A DNA stretch of 64,000 nt from Macrostomum lignano (taxonomy: Eukaryota): positions 18,468 through 82,467 of the forward strand of contig NIVC01003696.1 in the NCBI GenBank assembly GCA_002269645.1. The letters run 5' to 3'. This document shows positions 30,703 through 44,210 of the stretch, in pieces; the stretch's first letter is position 1, and every line of letters begins with the position of its first letter. The notes under the pieces are model-generated. The model worked only from the letters and a program-made list of their open reading frames with translations. It made no database searches and was not told where the DNA came from. The position numbers and the translations under genes are program-made.

Positions 30703-31661
30703 ATGTCAACTAAACAAAAGTCGCAGCAGCAGCAGCAGCAGCAGTCCGACGTTAAAGACCTGACCGATGCGGAGCTCAAAGATATGCGCGAAGTGTTTCG
30801 ATTATTCGACAAAGACAACTCTGGCAGCATCACCACCGACGAATTGGGAACCGTGATGCGAGCGCTGGGCCAGAATCCTACAGAGGCCGAGCTGCGCGAC
30901 ATCATCAATGAACTCGATATCGACGGCAACGGGCACATCGATTTTGACGAGTTTCGCGTGCTGATGAGTCGACGGACGAAGGAGTCGGACACGGAGGCTG
31001 AACTGCGTGAGGCCTTTCGAGTGAGTTGATATTAATTCGTTTGTTAACTAATTTGACAAGCTATTCAGTTCGTCAGTTAGCTTACATTCCACTGGCCCCG
31101 GAAGACACAACTAGCGCTTACGGATATGTAACGCCGGAACGAACCCACATGGCGTTGTACATCTGACATGATTTTCTCATCATCTCATGCGGTGTACACT
31201 GCTCATTCCGCCGACTCCCCTAAGCACGTACGCAGTCATACGCACAGGCACACACTCACACAAGAGTGTACAGCGGCCCTAACTATTTATCGTTAGGCAT
31301 GTACACTTCACTGTGCCTTGGGGGTTGGCTCTCAAGGACGAGTTAATTGCACGAGCAGAGCCAAGCCGAGATTCCAATCCAGACCACTAGGGTACCACGG
31401 GAGGTTCATTCCTTCATTTTGGTTTAATTTTAGTATCTGATAGCGGTGACTTCCGCATCCCGTCGTTGCTTCTGTCAGGTATTCGACAAGGATGGCAACG
31501 GCAGCATCTCGGCGGCCGAGCTGAAAACCGTCATGTGCAGTCTGGGCGAGAAGCTGACGGACGAAGAGGTCGACGAGATGATTCGCGAGGCCGATCTGAA
31601 CGGAGACGGCGAGATCGACTATGAAGAGTTCGTCATCATGATGACCAAGCAGATGCAGTAG
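30703..31661 (+). CDS. Calmodulin-like EF-hand protein, 166 aa, 2 exons (30703-31020, 31479-31661)
   Basis: Four intact EF loops [48 protein letters not shown]; [10 protein letters not shown] and [18 protein letters not shown]; phase-0 GT-AG intron; N-terminal polyQ extension. Confidence 0.92.
31198..31405 (-). mobile_element. Second, diverged copy of SINE family A in the calmodulin-like intron
   Basis: CATTCCGCCGACTCCCCT...ACAGGCACACACTCACAC...TTTATCGTTAGGCATGTACACTTCACTG...GAGCAGAGCCAAG shared with 15990-16172. Confidence 0.75.
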
Positions 31662-32214
31662 CCATCTTGTATTCTGCATTTGACAGCAGAAATTTTGATG
31701 GACTTCTAACCCTGCACTCCTAGATGGAAATGCACTTATCCGTTCGTTAGGGATCAAAGAGCATCAATGAGTTTTAGACTTTCGCCCGCCGAAATATCAC
31801 TGATGAAGGATGCCAGCTTCCTGTGCACTTCCAGATACTCTACGTCAAGCTCTAGCCAAGCAGAAAGGCCAAATGCTATTGTTAAATGCGAGTATCGATT
31901 GTTTTTTTATTTACTAACTGTCCGTGATTTAGATGGAACCCTAGTTAGAACTGCTTATTTGCGTCGCATATTGGTAAAAGTTAAGTTACGCTCGTAACTT
32001 ATACAAATGTAGTACGTGTAATGCATTGATGAAGACACACGCTTGTATACATTTAATTGATGTCTATTCACAGAAAACTTTGTATAAATATAAATTTCTT
32101 ATGAATACATAGTTGCTCACTATCGGCAATACAAAATATTCTCTTGCAAAAGCATTCGAGTCACTGTAGCAAAATTGTACCGTATGAGCTAAACTTTGGA
32201 ATCTGAGAGATCAT

Positions 32215-32600
32215 ATTGAGCCTTGGCATCTAAGCAACCCGCCATGACCCTATGAGCCTTGGCATCTAAGCAATCCGCCATGACCCCATGAGCCTTGGCA
32301 TCTAAGCAACCCGCCATGACCCTCTGAGCCTTGGCATCTAAGCAACCCTCCATGACCCCATGAGCCTTGGCATCTAAGCAACCCTCCATGACCCCATGAG
32401 CCTTGGCATCAATAAGCAACCCACCATGACCCCATGAGCCTTGGCATCTAAGCAACCCTCCATGACTTCATGAGCCTTGGCATCTAAGCAACCCACCATG
32501 ACCCCATGAGCCTTGGCATCAATAAGCAACCCGCCATGACCCCATGAGCGTTGGCATCAATAAGCAACCCGCCATGACCCTATGAGTCTTGACATCCAAG
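32215..32600. repeat. 36-bp minisatellite (CATGAGCCTTGGCATCTAAGCAACCCTCCATGACCC)n
   Basis: Visible array; 12-aa periodicity in the ORF track. Confidence 0.92.
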
Positions 32601-35600
32601 CAATTCCAACCTTGGCCCACTAAGTAAATGCGACTATCTAAAATTGAAATAATTGCATGAAGAATAGGGCCAAATATGGTGATGCAATAAAAGCGCACAA
32701 GGTCGACTTACAGGTAAAACGACCCGCTCACTGTAATAAACTTTAGCAGACAAGGCAATGGCGAGAATTTCTTTCTCTCAAGCTAACCCCCGCCCCCCCT
32801 CCCCTACAAGCAGTCCCTGCTGGGCATTCCAGTCAATAGGCTTGTGCTCAAATGAAACATCAAAGAGTTGGCCCTAAACCTATTCAACCTATTTAGCATA
32901 TAGCTATTCGCCCCGTGAGAAGTGCGAATTCTAGCTAACAGCAATGAATGGCTTGCCAGGCCCCCATAAACAAGGCTGGAATTGCTTCTCCTAGCTTATT
33001 TTTCGAGTGTCGGCTTTGTGCCGCCGGCTCACTTACATCAAAATGTATTGCTAAGTCTATATGAATAGCTTGAGTGCTCAAGTCTCACTGAGTAGTCGCC
33101 CTGGCGGACCCCTGACTTGCTTCTCTTGTGAGCTGCTCTTGGCTGGGGGTGGGGTAGTTTTAACTTGAGGAAGTTCAGCTGAAGAGATGTTGAGCGCTGC
33201 TAACATGACGTGAGAGAGTAAGTGACAAAGCGATGAGCAAAATCGATATTCAGGTGTGGCTAGTTCGTCGCTGGGACAATGAGCCACTTTCTTGGAGTAA
33301 AAAAAGTAAAGAGCCTTGACTTTCTTTTATACTGGTACTGGTTACTGTTAATCTAAATTCGGCTCTTAGTTATTATACATGCATAACAAACAAAAATGGA
33401 ATAAATAAAACGATTTGATTTTTCACTTTCGCTCTTTGTAGCGAACTGACCAGAATATGAGATTTCTTCAGTTTTTTATTATTCAGAACAGCCAAAAACG
33501 ATAGTGAAAACTTATTGAAAGAGAGCTCGTGGACCGGGCGGTCAGGAAATCTTTGGAATACAGTTAGTGAAGCTCAAATGGCTGCAGGCGTTACACAAAT
33601 CTAGTAAATAGCCTGCTGTATGTTATCTATATCGTCTCCAGCAATACTAAACCTGTTGGTGTCTCAAGAAGCGATATTGGTGATTGGTCAGGATTCAATG
33701 AGTCTCTTTTTACCAAACCATGCAGTTCGTGATGTTAACGTTCGGAAGCGAGTCTAACTAAGACTTCTTGAGTTCTGCACAGCTGCACGATGAACTGTTT
33801 GTAGCGTTAAAGCCGGAGATCAGGTGCTGAATGTCGTCCGGAAGAGCAGAACGGAAGATGTCTTGTAGAACGGCGCGGATGAGTGCCGCTCTTAACGCTC
33901 AATACAAGATGCTCAAGGGTGTTCACCATGTTGACTGGCATGAGTATGGCGAAATCAGTGATGCACAGCTCGTAGCGAGGGCACAGTGGGTCGGTCAATC
34001 GACATGAATCTCCATTGTTGCTTTTGTCGCTCCTCACAGTTCCAGGCTCGCGTACTGTAAAGTGAGGGGCTTGGCTTTTCTTTAAATCGGATGCAACTAA
34101 ATGTTTTGCCTGTGGATACCACATTGCGGAACTCCGCTGCAGCAATCCTTGTTGATCCTCTCCACAGGATTTTATCAAATAGATATCGCAGTTGAATGCA
34201 GCAGATTTTTTTGGACGAGTACTTTATTACTACGACGAGAGGGTACTACGAGAGGGTGGGAATTTTGCTGAATTATTTTTCAGATAGCGCATGTTGTTTC
34301 CAATTTAGCGTCTTCGTATTCATAAAATTTGCTAGTTAAAGAGAAAGGCTCTTTTTACAGCAGCAATTGTTGAACGAAAGAATGATGAGAAGTATCCTGC
34401 AGGAGCAGATTTTCTTTTCTCAATTCAATCACTATTGTCTAATGTCTGCAATTATTGAAATATCTGAAAGAAAGCATTTCGTGTTCTCGTATATGCGGGC
34501 GAAAAGTTTAGTTTCAGGCAATATACCGGTATAGAATACCCTACTAGCCCCCACTTCACAGTACGTGAGCCTGTGACTTTGAGGGCAGACAATTGAAGCA
34601 ACAATAGTACAACGGAGGGAACGAGGTGTATCTCAGAATTTTGTGCTCAGATACTGTGAAAGTCATACACTGAAAAAGTTTTAGTCACTGTCTGAGCTTG
34701 ACTACTTATTAATTGTTCGATAGGAATATATATTTAACTATGTGTTACATGCAATTATGTTTGTAGACCCAGATCCAAGCGCAATATATAGAATAGAACG
34801 ATATAATTCAATGAATGCTTCAAATAATTCCTCAGATGAATAACTGCGGCGGGGGGGGGCTTTTTTGCTTCATTTTTGCACGCTCAAAACGATAAATAGC
34901 TCGTATGTTGTATTATCAATCACTTACCCCCTGGTAAATGAACTCTCAACTGTTACAACATGATAGAGACATAACTTGCAATGTCGGCGGATCGATTGGT
35001 GGTGGTACGTTCACTTAATCTCCGGATTCGTTAATTAGTTAATTTCTAAATTTAAGTTAGTAATTTTTTCCTGCATGGTATCGGGATCACTATCTTCTCT
35101 AATATATAGGCCATCTCTCGACACATCTTACATGTAGCTGTCTTAGGGCTGACCGTCTGAGTGATTCTGGCTGGACTACGAACCAGCTGAGGCCACAGAG
35201 TATAATTTCTTTGCTAAAGTCGGCCCCTGCATGCAATGCAATCCACTGCAAGGTATCCACTGTGCATGTGTATTGCAATGAAACTGGTCCTCTCATCTCA
35301 CAAACGTCGCAGGCGTCAGTCGAAATGCCTGCACATATGTTGCTGGGCCACCGCGCCACTCTCCCAGATGCTCATGCAGTTTCTGGGCCACACTGCCATC
35401 CTAACATTTGCACCCGTAACGGCATTAAATACATGTAATTTAGTTTTTATCCTGAGGCCAGACTGTTTTTGAAAGATTTTGCGCGGGAATTCAACTTTTA
35501 TGCTTGTAATATATATTCATAGATTTGCCAGAGTGCTCATGCTGTCGTACGAGCGTAGGATTCAAGAATTCGGGGGCTGAATTCCATGGATTTTATGGTG

Positions 35601-35679
35601 GGGGACAAAGCCAATAATTATACATGTACATGAATAAATTCTTACATGTACATTATTCTCAGAATCGGTTGTTGTCAGC

Positions 35680-35960
35680 GCACTCATTTTAGCGCCTCAG
35701 GCACTCATTTTTAGCGCCGCAGGCACTCACTTTAGCGCCTCAGGCACTCATTTTAGCGCCTCAGGCACTCATTTTTAGCGCCGCAGGCACTCATTTTTAG
35801 CGCCTCAGGCACTCATTTTAGCGTCGCAGGAACTCATTTTAGCGCCGCAGGCACTCATTTTAGCGCCGCAGGCACTCATTTTTAGCACCTCAGGCACTCA
35901 TTTTAGCGCCGAAGGCACTCATTTTGGCGTCGCTGCAGGCACTCATTTTAGCATTGCAGG
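35680..35960. repeat. ~21-bp minisatellite (GCACTCATTTTAGCGCCGCAG)n
   Basis: Visible array. Confidence 0.9.
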
Positions 35961-38301
35961 CACTATGCCTTGTCGCCCTGCAGCAAAATTATTGATTTCC
36001 ATAACGGGTCAGGTGGGGTCGGGGGACAAAGCATTAGATTAGGCATGTCCCCCGGATCTTTTACTGAGGGGGGACATGTCCCCCCCCCTGTCCCCCCCGT
36101 TGGCGACGCCCCTGCAAGAATTGTGGTATACCAGTATCGAAACAACACCAAAATGCACTTGAAGTCCATAAAGCCTAAGATCAAAAGGAGAAAAGTCGGC
36201 AAAAAGCTGACACGCAGATTGTCTTCCGAAGCAATACGAGCGTACAGTTTGGAACTATGATTAAAAGCCAAAATGATCAAATAACAAATTATTATTAATT
36301 GTCCCAAAAATATAAAAAATTGTAGATAAAATATTTTAAAACTGTGCTCCTTGCTACATATGGTCGGTGTTAGTTTAAATAGGTAGCTTCACTTAACTTG
36401 GATTGTTAATGCTCACTCAAAAAACAATCATGAACTCAGTTGAAATGACCATAGGAGCTATGTCTAAGATCAATAGTGTGGATATAAAAACCTTACTCAA
36501 CCTAACCAAACTATAGCTTCAGATAAACTAGGCCCCTCTCACTATTTTGTTAACTGCTATGGCCACATTCAAGAAGGTATCACATGCACCGGAGTATTTT
36601 TAAGCATATTTTTGCGCTGTGCGCGACGTATAATTACATTTTTTCGCCGAGTTAATTGTTATTGGCAATATGAAGTGCATAAAACACTAACAGTGAATCG
36701 CAGCCAGAGAATAAACCGAAAAACGAAAAACGCAAAACAAAACAAATTTTAAATATTTATTTGACACTTTTTGTTCTTATACGCAGTTATTGTTTAAAAC
36801 TCTGTATAATTCTAAAAATTACGTTTAAAATTGCGTTAACTTAAAATCCGTTGAAAATTTCCTCGAAATACTATTTTAAATTTAAATTTTAATTTCGTAA
36901 ATTTGTATTTATTATTATTATTGCAAAACTCGTACTTATGCATAAGGTTTTCCTTCTACTCTTGAATTTTTATTTAATACACTGACGTATACTGGCCAAA
37001 CAGGCTTCCCGCCTGAGCCAAACTTACTACTACTACTACTACGAGCTACTTTCAAGACCGCGGTCGTTGTTTAAGTGGCGCACTCATCGATTGTAATACA
37101 TAATACAATCCGAGTATACAAAAAAGCCCATTTCTCGCACTACACACAGTACTTAAACGACGAATTTTGTGCACACCCTTGTGTGCCAAATTTTTCTGAT
37201 CAGTTTTTAGTTGTTACGCCGATAGTATATTTTTCTAATTAGCTTTTGCTGTGCATGTGCCATGATGTGCGCAGTGTGCGTCGCCTTGCGCAAACTTTTT
37301 GTTTATGAGCGCTGGAATTATCTGCCATAATATACAAGTTTTTACGTGTGGATTAGTCTTCTAGTTGCTTTTGGCCTAGCAATTTAGTTTTGTTTCTTTA
37401 GGTTAGGCCCTACTTTATTGCATGCCATGGCATGGGCATGGGCAATATTATATAAATATAATAGAAAATTTCTAGGCCTACTAGAAATTGAAGAATTAAT
37501 ACATATTAAAATAAGATTTTTAAACATTAATAAGTATCTAAAGTATCCAAGTGATCAAAAGTCAGAACTAGGGTGCATGAGAATTTTCCAAAGCATAGGC
37601 CGTAGTCTTGAGTACGGATCTTAATACATATTAAGATCTCACTTTAAACGTGAGTAACGTGAGTACTGCTAGCAATATCTTGCTTATATATTGCTAACAT
37701 ATATAAGCAATATGTTAAAACTATGCATGCAAGATTTTTTTGCTTTGCACACTGCATGTGGGAGGGTTGCATTAAATTCACTAATTTGCCAATGGACTGG
37801 GGGCATTGAACTGCAGAAGGCAGCTAGGTCTATAGAAGCTTCAAGTTTGATTCTATAAAACAATGTCTTCTGATGAAGTATTCAATTTTTTTTAACAAGA
37901 GACAGCAAATAAGCAACACTTAAAGAAATGCTTATTGTAGTGATTTTAATAATAATATATTGCCTTCTAGTACTAAAAACATTGCATATTTTATCATTAT
38001 TTTAGAATAATTATTTTAAAAAGTATCATATAATGTTTTTAAAGGCCTAAAAAATTCCTGTGAGACATAGTTCTAGTGGCAAATTCATAGCTCTGATAGT
38101 GGTGAGATGCCAAAAAAACTTTAAATGTGGCACTATTGTGCAAAACATTGCAAAAAAACTTTTCTAACTCCTTGCTATATGCTATGCATATAGTACTAGA
38201 CTGCCTGGAACCTTGTACGCAAGAATTTTCCTCACAAAACAGCATCTTTGGGAGTAGGCCTATGGCCCATAGGCTTACACTTAGGAATGTCTACCAAGAT
38301 C

Positions 38302-38977
38302 CCATAGTCAGGAAGGTGGCAAATGCACGCGGGAATCAATTTATGGAAAAATCCTTGGTGCACGCCAATGTACGCCAATTTTTAAAAACCCTTAACGTGA
38401 CATTTCTGTTGCACGCCAAAAATCTTGAATACCAAAAATCATGTACGCCAAAAATTGTGTATACCGTATTAGATACTATTTTTAAATAAATTTTCTACTT
38501 ACGTTAAACAAAGTTTATATAAAAAAAGGAAATTCGCTACAAAGAACATAGTGAGTATCAAAAACTTTTTCTTCACATTTCAGGAAACAAATAAACTAAA
38601 AGTCTACAAGAGTCACAAAATAAGAGCGTTTAAAAGTTATTGGATATTTTAATTTTAATGTAGGCTGTAGAGTGTAGGCCTGGCTGTAGGCTAGGCTATA
38701 GCCTCAACTAGTTGGTTTAATCAATATTCAAATTCAATTGTTCACATTTAACTTTATATATTGTATATATATAGTGTATACATCTATATCTGACTTGTTA
38801 TATACTGTCAGTTTGTAATTGCACGCCAAGGTTACACGCCAAGTAAAAAACTTGTACACTGAAAATTTAAGTGTGGCTTGAGACCCCTATTCGCACGCCA
38901 ACTTTGCACGCCAACATTTTAGCGTGGCTTGTGCACGCGGGAAAATTCCCACGTGCAGGCCACCTTCCTGAGTATGG
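38302..38977. mobile_element. Non-autonomous DNA transposon (MITE) 1, 676 bp, 8-bp TSD
   Basis: TIRs CCATAGTCAGGAAGGTGGC..GCACGCGGGAAT / reverse complement CCATACTCAGGAAGGTGGC.TGCACGTGGGAAT; TSD CCAAGATC at 38294-38301 and 38978-38985; internal GCACGCCAA repeats. Confidence 0.88.
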
Positions 38978-39121
38978 CCAAGATCCCATTGCAGAGATGT
39001 TGGAAAATTTATGTTGTTTATTTCTCTTCTATTTAATTGTCTTATTTTTTTAGGCTATAGAGTTTTTTCTATAGGCCTATTATATGCCTGTGTTTCTATA
39101 TGTAGATTAGGTCCCATATAT

Positions 39122-39710
39122 CCATAGTCAGGATGATGTACATTACGCCAGAAATTTCTGGCGTACAATTGAAAATTTTACTTTTTTTGGCATACAATTG
39201 GCATAAAAAATGAGGCAAAATATATTTGGCATTCCTTTTGGTGTGACGCCGTGGTGTAAATATGCCAAGCAACGCATGCCAACTCCAACCTTCATGCCAA
39301 AGTTAATATTAACAATTGTTGGCATAACACCGTAACCTCAGAATCTTATTATAAAATCATAAAAACCGTAAAACTCGTAAGATGAAAGTTCATAACTATT
39401 CGGGATTAATAAAAATTTAAAATTCCACGCAAACTAATCGTGTAATTTTCTAAAAAACTTAAACAAAAAATTGATTTTTGTTGGCATTTTCTGTAAGCCA
39501 ATTTACTTTTAATGAAAACCACATATTTTTTTAAATAATTTATTTGAAGAAAAATGTGTAACACGCAAAAAAGGTCATTTATTGTCGCAAAGCCTAGAAA
39601 ACCTGGCGTAAGTTCCTAGGACCTTGGCGTACGTTTCAGTATGAAATGGCATAGATTTTTTTAGGGGACTTTTTATTCCGGCGTATACCATGACATGATC
39701 CTGACTATGG
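39122..39710. mobile_element. Non-autonomous DNA transposon (MITE) 2, 589 bp, 8-bp TSD
   Basis: TIRs CCATAGTCAGGATGATGT / reverse complement CCATAGTCAGGATCATGT; TSD CCATATAT at 39114-39121 and 39711-39718. Confidence 0.88.
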
Positions 39711-40446
39711 CCATATATTATATCTATGAAATTAAATGAAAAAATAAACAACAAAAATAAACAAGTTAAATAAAACTTCTTTGCTTTTAAATAATAAAAC
39801 CACATTTGCCACTTTTAAATATATTTTAGATAAAATTCATATGAAATTAAACAAGTGCTTTGAAAATTTTTAAGAAGCAAAGACAGTATTTAAAATAAAC
39901 TATTTAAAATAGAATGTAATAGAGTAAACAGACTGAACTAGAAAAATGGATAAGAAGGAATCTTGTTTTTTTTAATTTAAATGATATATAATATTAAATG
40001 CAATTCTTGAAGAATATCAAAGCTAAAGAAATTTTCTACTTAAAAAGTGCAAATATGCTACAAATGGCAAAGTATGTTAAAAGTGCTATATATTTTTGAA
40101 ATTTTCAATTTTTTTATTTGTATGTATAACTTTTTTTATTAAAATATATAGCACTTATATTTATGTTAATAAAAAATACATAAATGTTTTAATAAAAAAA
40201 TATTTTTTTACTTACTTTTTATTTATTTATTTATTTATTATTTAAATAAAAAGATTATATAAAATAAAAAGATTGTATAAAATTTATAAAAAAAATTATT
40301 ATTTATAATTTGATTTTAAATAAAATGATGATTTTATTATAAATGATGATTTGGTGATTTTAATTTTTTAATTAAGTAATTAATTTTTTAATTTAAACAT
40401 TCATATATATTTATTAACATGTTTTTAACAATATATCTAAATATTG

Positions 40447-40604
40447 TCTCTGTATATACTAAAACTGACGCGATGTTTGTCTGTCTGTATGTTGCAAGTG
40501 AACTCCTACAATACTAGCAAGTCAGCATCAAAACTTAGCAGAAAACTGCTTTTTTTAACCCCTAATAACCTTCTTTGGCCACACTGCTTGGGGCTGTAGC
40601 CAGT
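40447..40604 (+). mobile_element. Possible degenerate non-autonomous Helitron fragment
   Basis: TC..TATATACTAAAACTGACGCGATGTTTGTCTGTCTGTATG start, then AACTCC, and a GC-rich end before CCAG|TT; the ends are imperfect. Confidence 0.3.
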
Positions 40605-41499
40605 TTATAAAAAAAACCCTCTTTATCTCATCGCAGGTCCTTTATATTGGGTGGGTGCACATTTTTTGCGTTCACTGGAAATAAAGCCCCCGCATGTTAG
40701 GGATGCAGTTAATTTATTGATTCTCCCAGAATGGGTGGGTTGGGCTTGGGCTAAGTGTAGATAGCAATATACAATGTAAACAAATAGATAGGACAGTGTC
40801 AAGATTCAATTGGTTTTATTATTGGCCTTTATATTAGCTGGGCAAGTTAAATTCAATCAACAAACTTGCAAGCCTCTCAGAAAAGCAGTCAGAAAATTGG
40901 GAAATTTCAAATGCTAACTGTTCTTCAAGTTTTAAACTTTGAGAAAGAGCTAAAAAGAGCTTGCAAAGCTGAGTTCAGGGATATAAGTTTCTTGCTTTAA
41001 ATATTAAAACTAAAAGCATAGCATTTAAAAAATGATTCCATACTATTAACTTTCTGCAAAGATTGTACTTATTTTTGCAATAGGTCAGAGACAAAGTTGG
41101 AGGGGTTCAACTTTTACTTGTTGCTGTATATTGGAGAGGGGTTGGTCACTGTGTATTGGATGGTTGATTTAAATTATGCAATCATTTTGTTAACTTTAAC
41201 TGAGACTGATACTGACTGACTGAGGAATAAGTTGCACAGTCAATTGATTCAATTGGTTCCATTTTTACTTATTGGGGCCTTTTAACATGTAGGCAGCTCT
41301 GTGCAGCTCTTACCCTAACCCTAACCATTGAACCCTAAGAGTTGAGTTCTTTTGTCAGAAAAAAATTTTGATTGAGTCCATTTTTATGGAAAGGATTTCT
41401 GTTTTGCAAAGAGGATTTTGGTGGGTCTCTGTTTTGCAAAGAGGATTTTGGTGGGTCTCTGTTTTACAAAGAGGATTTCGATGGATTTGGCACCTTCAG

Positions 41500-42340
41500 T
41501 CAGTCAGAGAAGAGAGTAAAGAGAAAAGTGAATAGAGAAGAGTGGAGAGATGATAGAAAAGAAAGCAGATATGAGAGGAGTTGAGGACAGATTACAGATA
41601 AGAGGGGAGATCTGAGGTAGCAGAGAAAAGAGGAGGGATAAGAGCGTACAGAGGAAATAGAAGAGAAGAAAGAGTAGAGACAAAAGACAAGGGAGAAGAG
41701 ATAAATAGGGGAGTAGAGATGACAGGAGAGAGAGAGAGGAGAGACAATATAGGAGAGATAAAAGATCAGAGATAAAAGAGGTAAGATAAGAAAATAGTAA
41801 GGAGAAAGAAAAAGAAAAAATGAGAGTGCAGAGAGGAGAGAGAAGAGATGCGATGAGAAAGATGGGTGAGAAAATAAAAGAGAAGAGATTAGAGATTAGA
41901 GAAGAGAGGGGAGAAGATGAGAGGAGAAAGGAAAGGAGAGAAGAGAGAATGGAGAGGAGAGAAAAGAGAGAAGAGGGAGACAGGAGATGATAGAAAAGAG
42001 AGAAAAAAGATGGGATATAAGAAAGGAGGGTAAGAGTGTATAGGAGATATTAAAAATAAAAGCAGAGAAAAGAGAGAAAAAGAAGAGAAAGAGAGAAGGT
42101 AGAGTAGAGATGATAGATAAGAGAGTTTGAGAGTTGAGAGAGTACATGAGAGAGGAGACAGGAGAGAGTAGACATGAAAGATGAGGGAGAAGAGATAAAT
42201 AAGGGAGTAGAGATGAGAGGAGAGAGAGGAGAGACTAGATATAAGATAGCAAAGAAGAGAGAGCAGAGATGAGAGACTAGAGATAAGAGAGCAGATGAGA
42301 AAGGAGAGATAAGAGACTACACTGTAGAGATAAGAGAGCA
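41500..42340. repeat. ~840-bp purine-rich (A/G) low-complexity tract
   Basis: Almost exclusively A and G on the + strand. Confidence 0.9.
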
Positions 42341-43605
42341 AAAAGGCTTTATAGAGGATTTGGAAATGATTTGAAAGATGGGATTCAAGTCATGGAGTTT
42401 CAGCTGATAGATTTGAAGGAATGGAATTCTAGTGATAGGAGTCCTTCCCCTTTCTCCTCCAAAGGAAGAGTTCCACTTGTTACAGAAAATACACCACAAA
42501 AGTAAGAAAAAATCTTAAAAAATAGTCATATCATTTTTGTTCCTTGACCAACTTTTTTATAAACTAAGTGTTATTGAAAACTTTTCAATAAGATGTATAT
42601 ATTGTAATGCAACTATTAGCTAAAACAAAATGTTCCAGTGGTTTTTGAAGCTTTTCATGAAATGAACTTAAAATATATTTAATGGGACTATAGCACTAAC
42701 TAAAACTTGAATTTGAGTTGCTTTATATTAGTCAATGGCCTCTTTATACCTTTGCACATATGGCTTTAGAAATTCTATAGTCTTATATTCACAAACTGCG
42801 AGAAATTTCTGTTTTATTTAATATTTCCATTTTTTCAACTTAAAAATCTTATTAGAAGCCCTAAATATGGTATAATTTATTAATAAGATGATGTTTTTGT
42901 CATTTTTTCACCATTTTTTAGAATGTTAAAAATTAAATCAATTACAAGCCTTGGCACTCTTGCGCAAAAGAGAAAATTACTTGTGTGCAACTAATTAGTG
43001 AGAATAACTATGACTATTTTGATAAGCAAATAGCTTATCTTCTAATTAGTCTGCTATCCGACGGTGGTCTAGCATGCAGTAGGATATCAATGTTTCATGG
43101 CATTTAGAACTCTAAAAAATATTTAGGGCTCTAATAAGGGAGCTTGCTGTCTTTTTGTACAAATGATTTTCTAAAATGATATTGTGATAGCCTGGTATAT
43201 TTGTCTATAGGCAATTCTTATAGCTTTATTATTTGTGTATGGAAATTTAAATTGTTTTTTAGGTTAGTCATTAAACAAACATTTCTAGCTAAAACTAAAT
43301 TAAATTTGCATGGCCAGTGTAATTTTACCCTAGACAAAATTTAGACTTATATTTTTAGTCAAATTAGACTATGGTTGGCCATTGTTGTCTATCTATAGCC
43401 TAATTATACATATTGAATAATAAATATAAAGATTAAAATAGCCTATAGCCTGACCTAGAAAATTTCCAGTTATCCCATTTTGTTTCAACACTTACTTGGA
43501 AGTAGTCTAGGAGAAGTAATGCAACAAATAGATAAAAAGCTTCACTTGAATTGCGGTAGAGAAGCACTCTTAACAGATAATAGTAAGACAAAACTCAATA
43601 TTATT

Positions 43606-43643
43606 TGCGACGCGTTTCGGCTAAAACTAGCCATCTTCAGGCA
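43606..43643 (-). ncRNA. Minimal type I hammerhead ribozyme (inverted copy)
   Basis: Exact reverse complement of 44211-44248. Confidence 0.8.
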
Positions 43644-43783
43644 CTATCGAACAGAATTTATTTCAACCTATTAAATACTGTGTAGACGACAAAATCAGGT
43701 ATTGAAAAGATATAAAAGGACTAAAGGATCAATGTACAGCATAGCAATGTTCATAATATTTTTTGTGGAATGACAGGACAGAG

Positions 43784-43824
<41 letters not shown>

Positions 43825-44029
43825 GCGTATGCGCCCCAAATGTACTCTAGCTTAGAACACCAACAGCTGTTCACTCGCACCTCCTCCAGATAGTTGGACA
43901 TTGAGAGTGGGTTTAAAGTTACCCACTTTAAAGTTACACAAACCCACTCTCAATGTCCAACTATCTGGAGGAGGTGCGAGTGAACAGCTGTTGGTGTTCT
44001 AAGCTAGAGTACATTTGGGGCGCATACGC

Positions 44030-44070
<41 letters not shown>

Positions 44071-44210
44071 CTCTGTCCTGTCATTCCACAAAAAATATTA
44101 TGAACATTGCTATGCTGTACATTGATCCTTTAGTCCTTTTATATCTTTTCAATACCTGATTTTGTCGTCTACACAGTATTTAATAGGTTGAAATAAATTC
44201 TGTTCGATAG

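Noticed and set aside
33078-34178. GC-moderate ORF fragments as a possible transposase relic
   Set aside because: No recognisable domain; needs a translated homology search
35099-35359. NICAGISTDAC resembling a trypsin motif
   Set aside because: No GDSGGP and no other protease motifs or splice context
36000-36117. GC-rich end (reverse complement CAGGGGCGTCGCCAACGGGGGGACAGG) resembling a DNA-transposon TIR
   Set aside because: No partner TIR or TSD found in the window
41310-41330. CCCTAACCCTAACC telomeric-like motif
   Set aside because: Only about two units; chance level
43695-44159. Two identical 68-aa ORFs on opposite strands as a duplicated small gene
   Set aside because: They are by-products of the inverted PLE arms and include a (CT)n tract; the meaningful frame is the KPTLNVQ remnant
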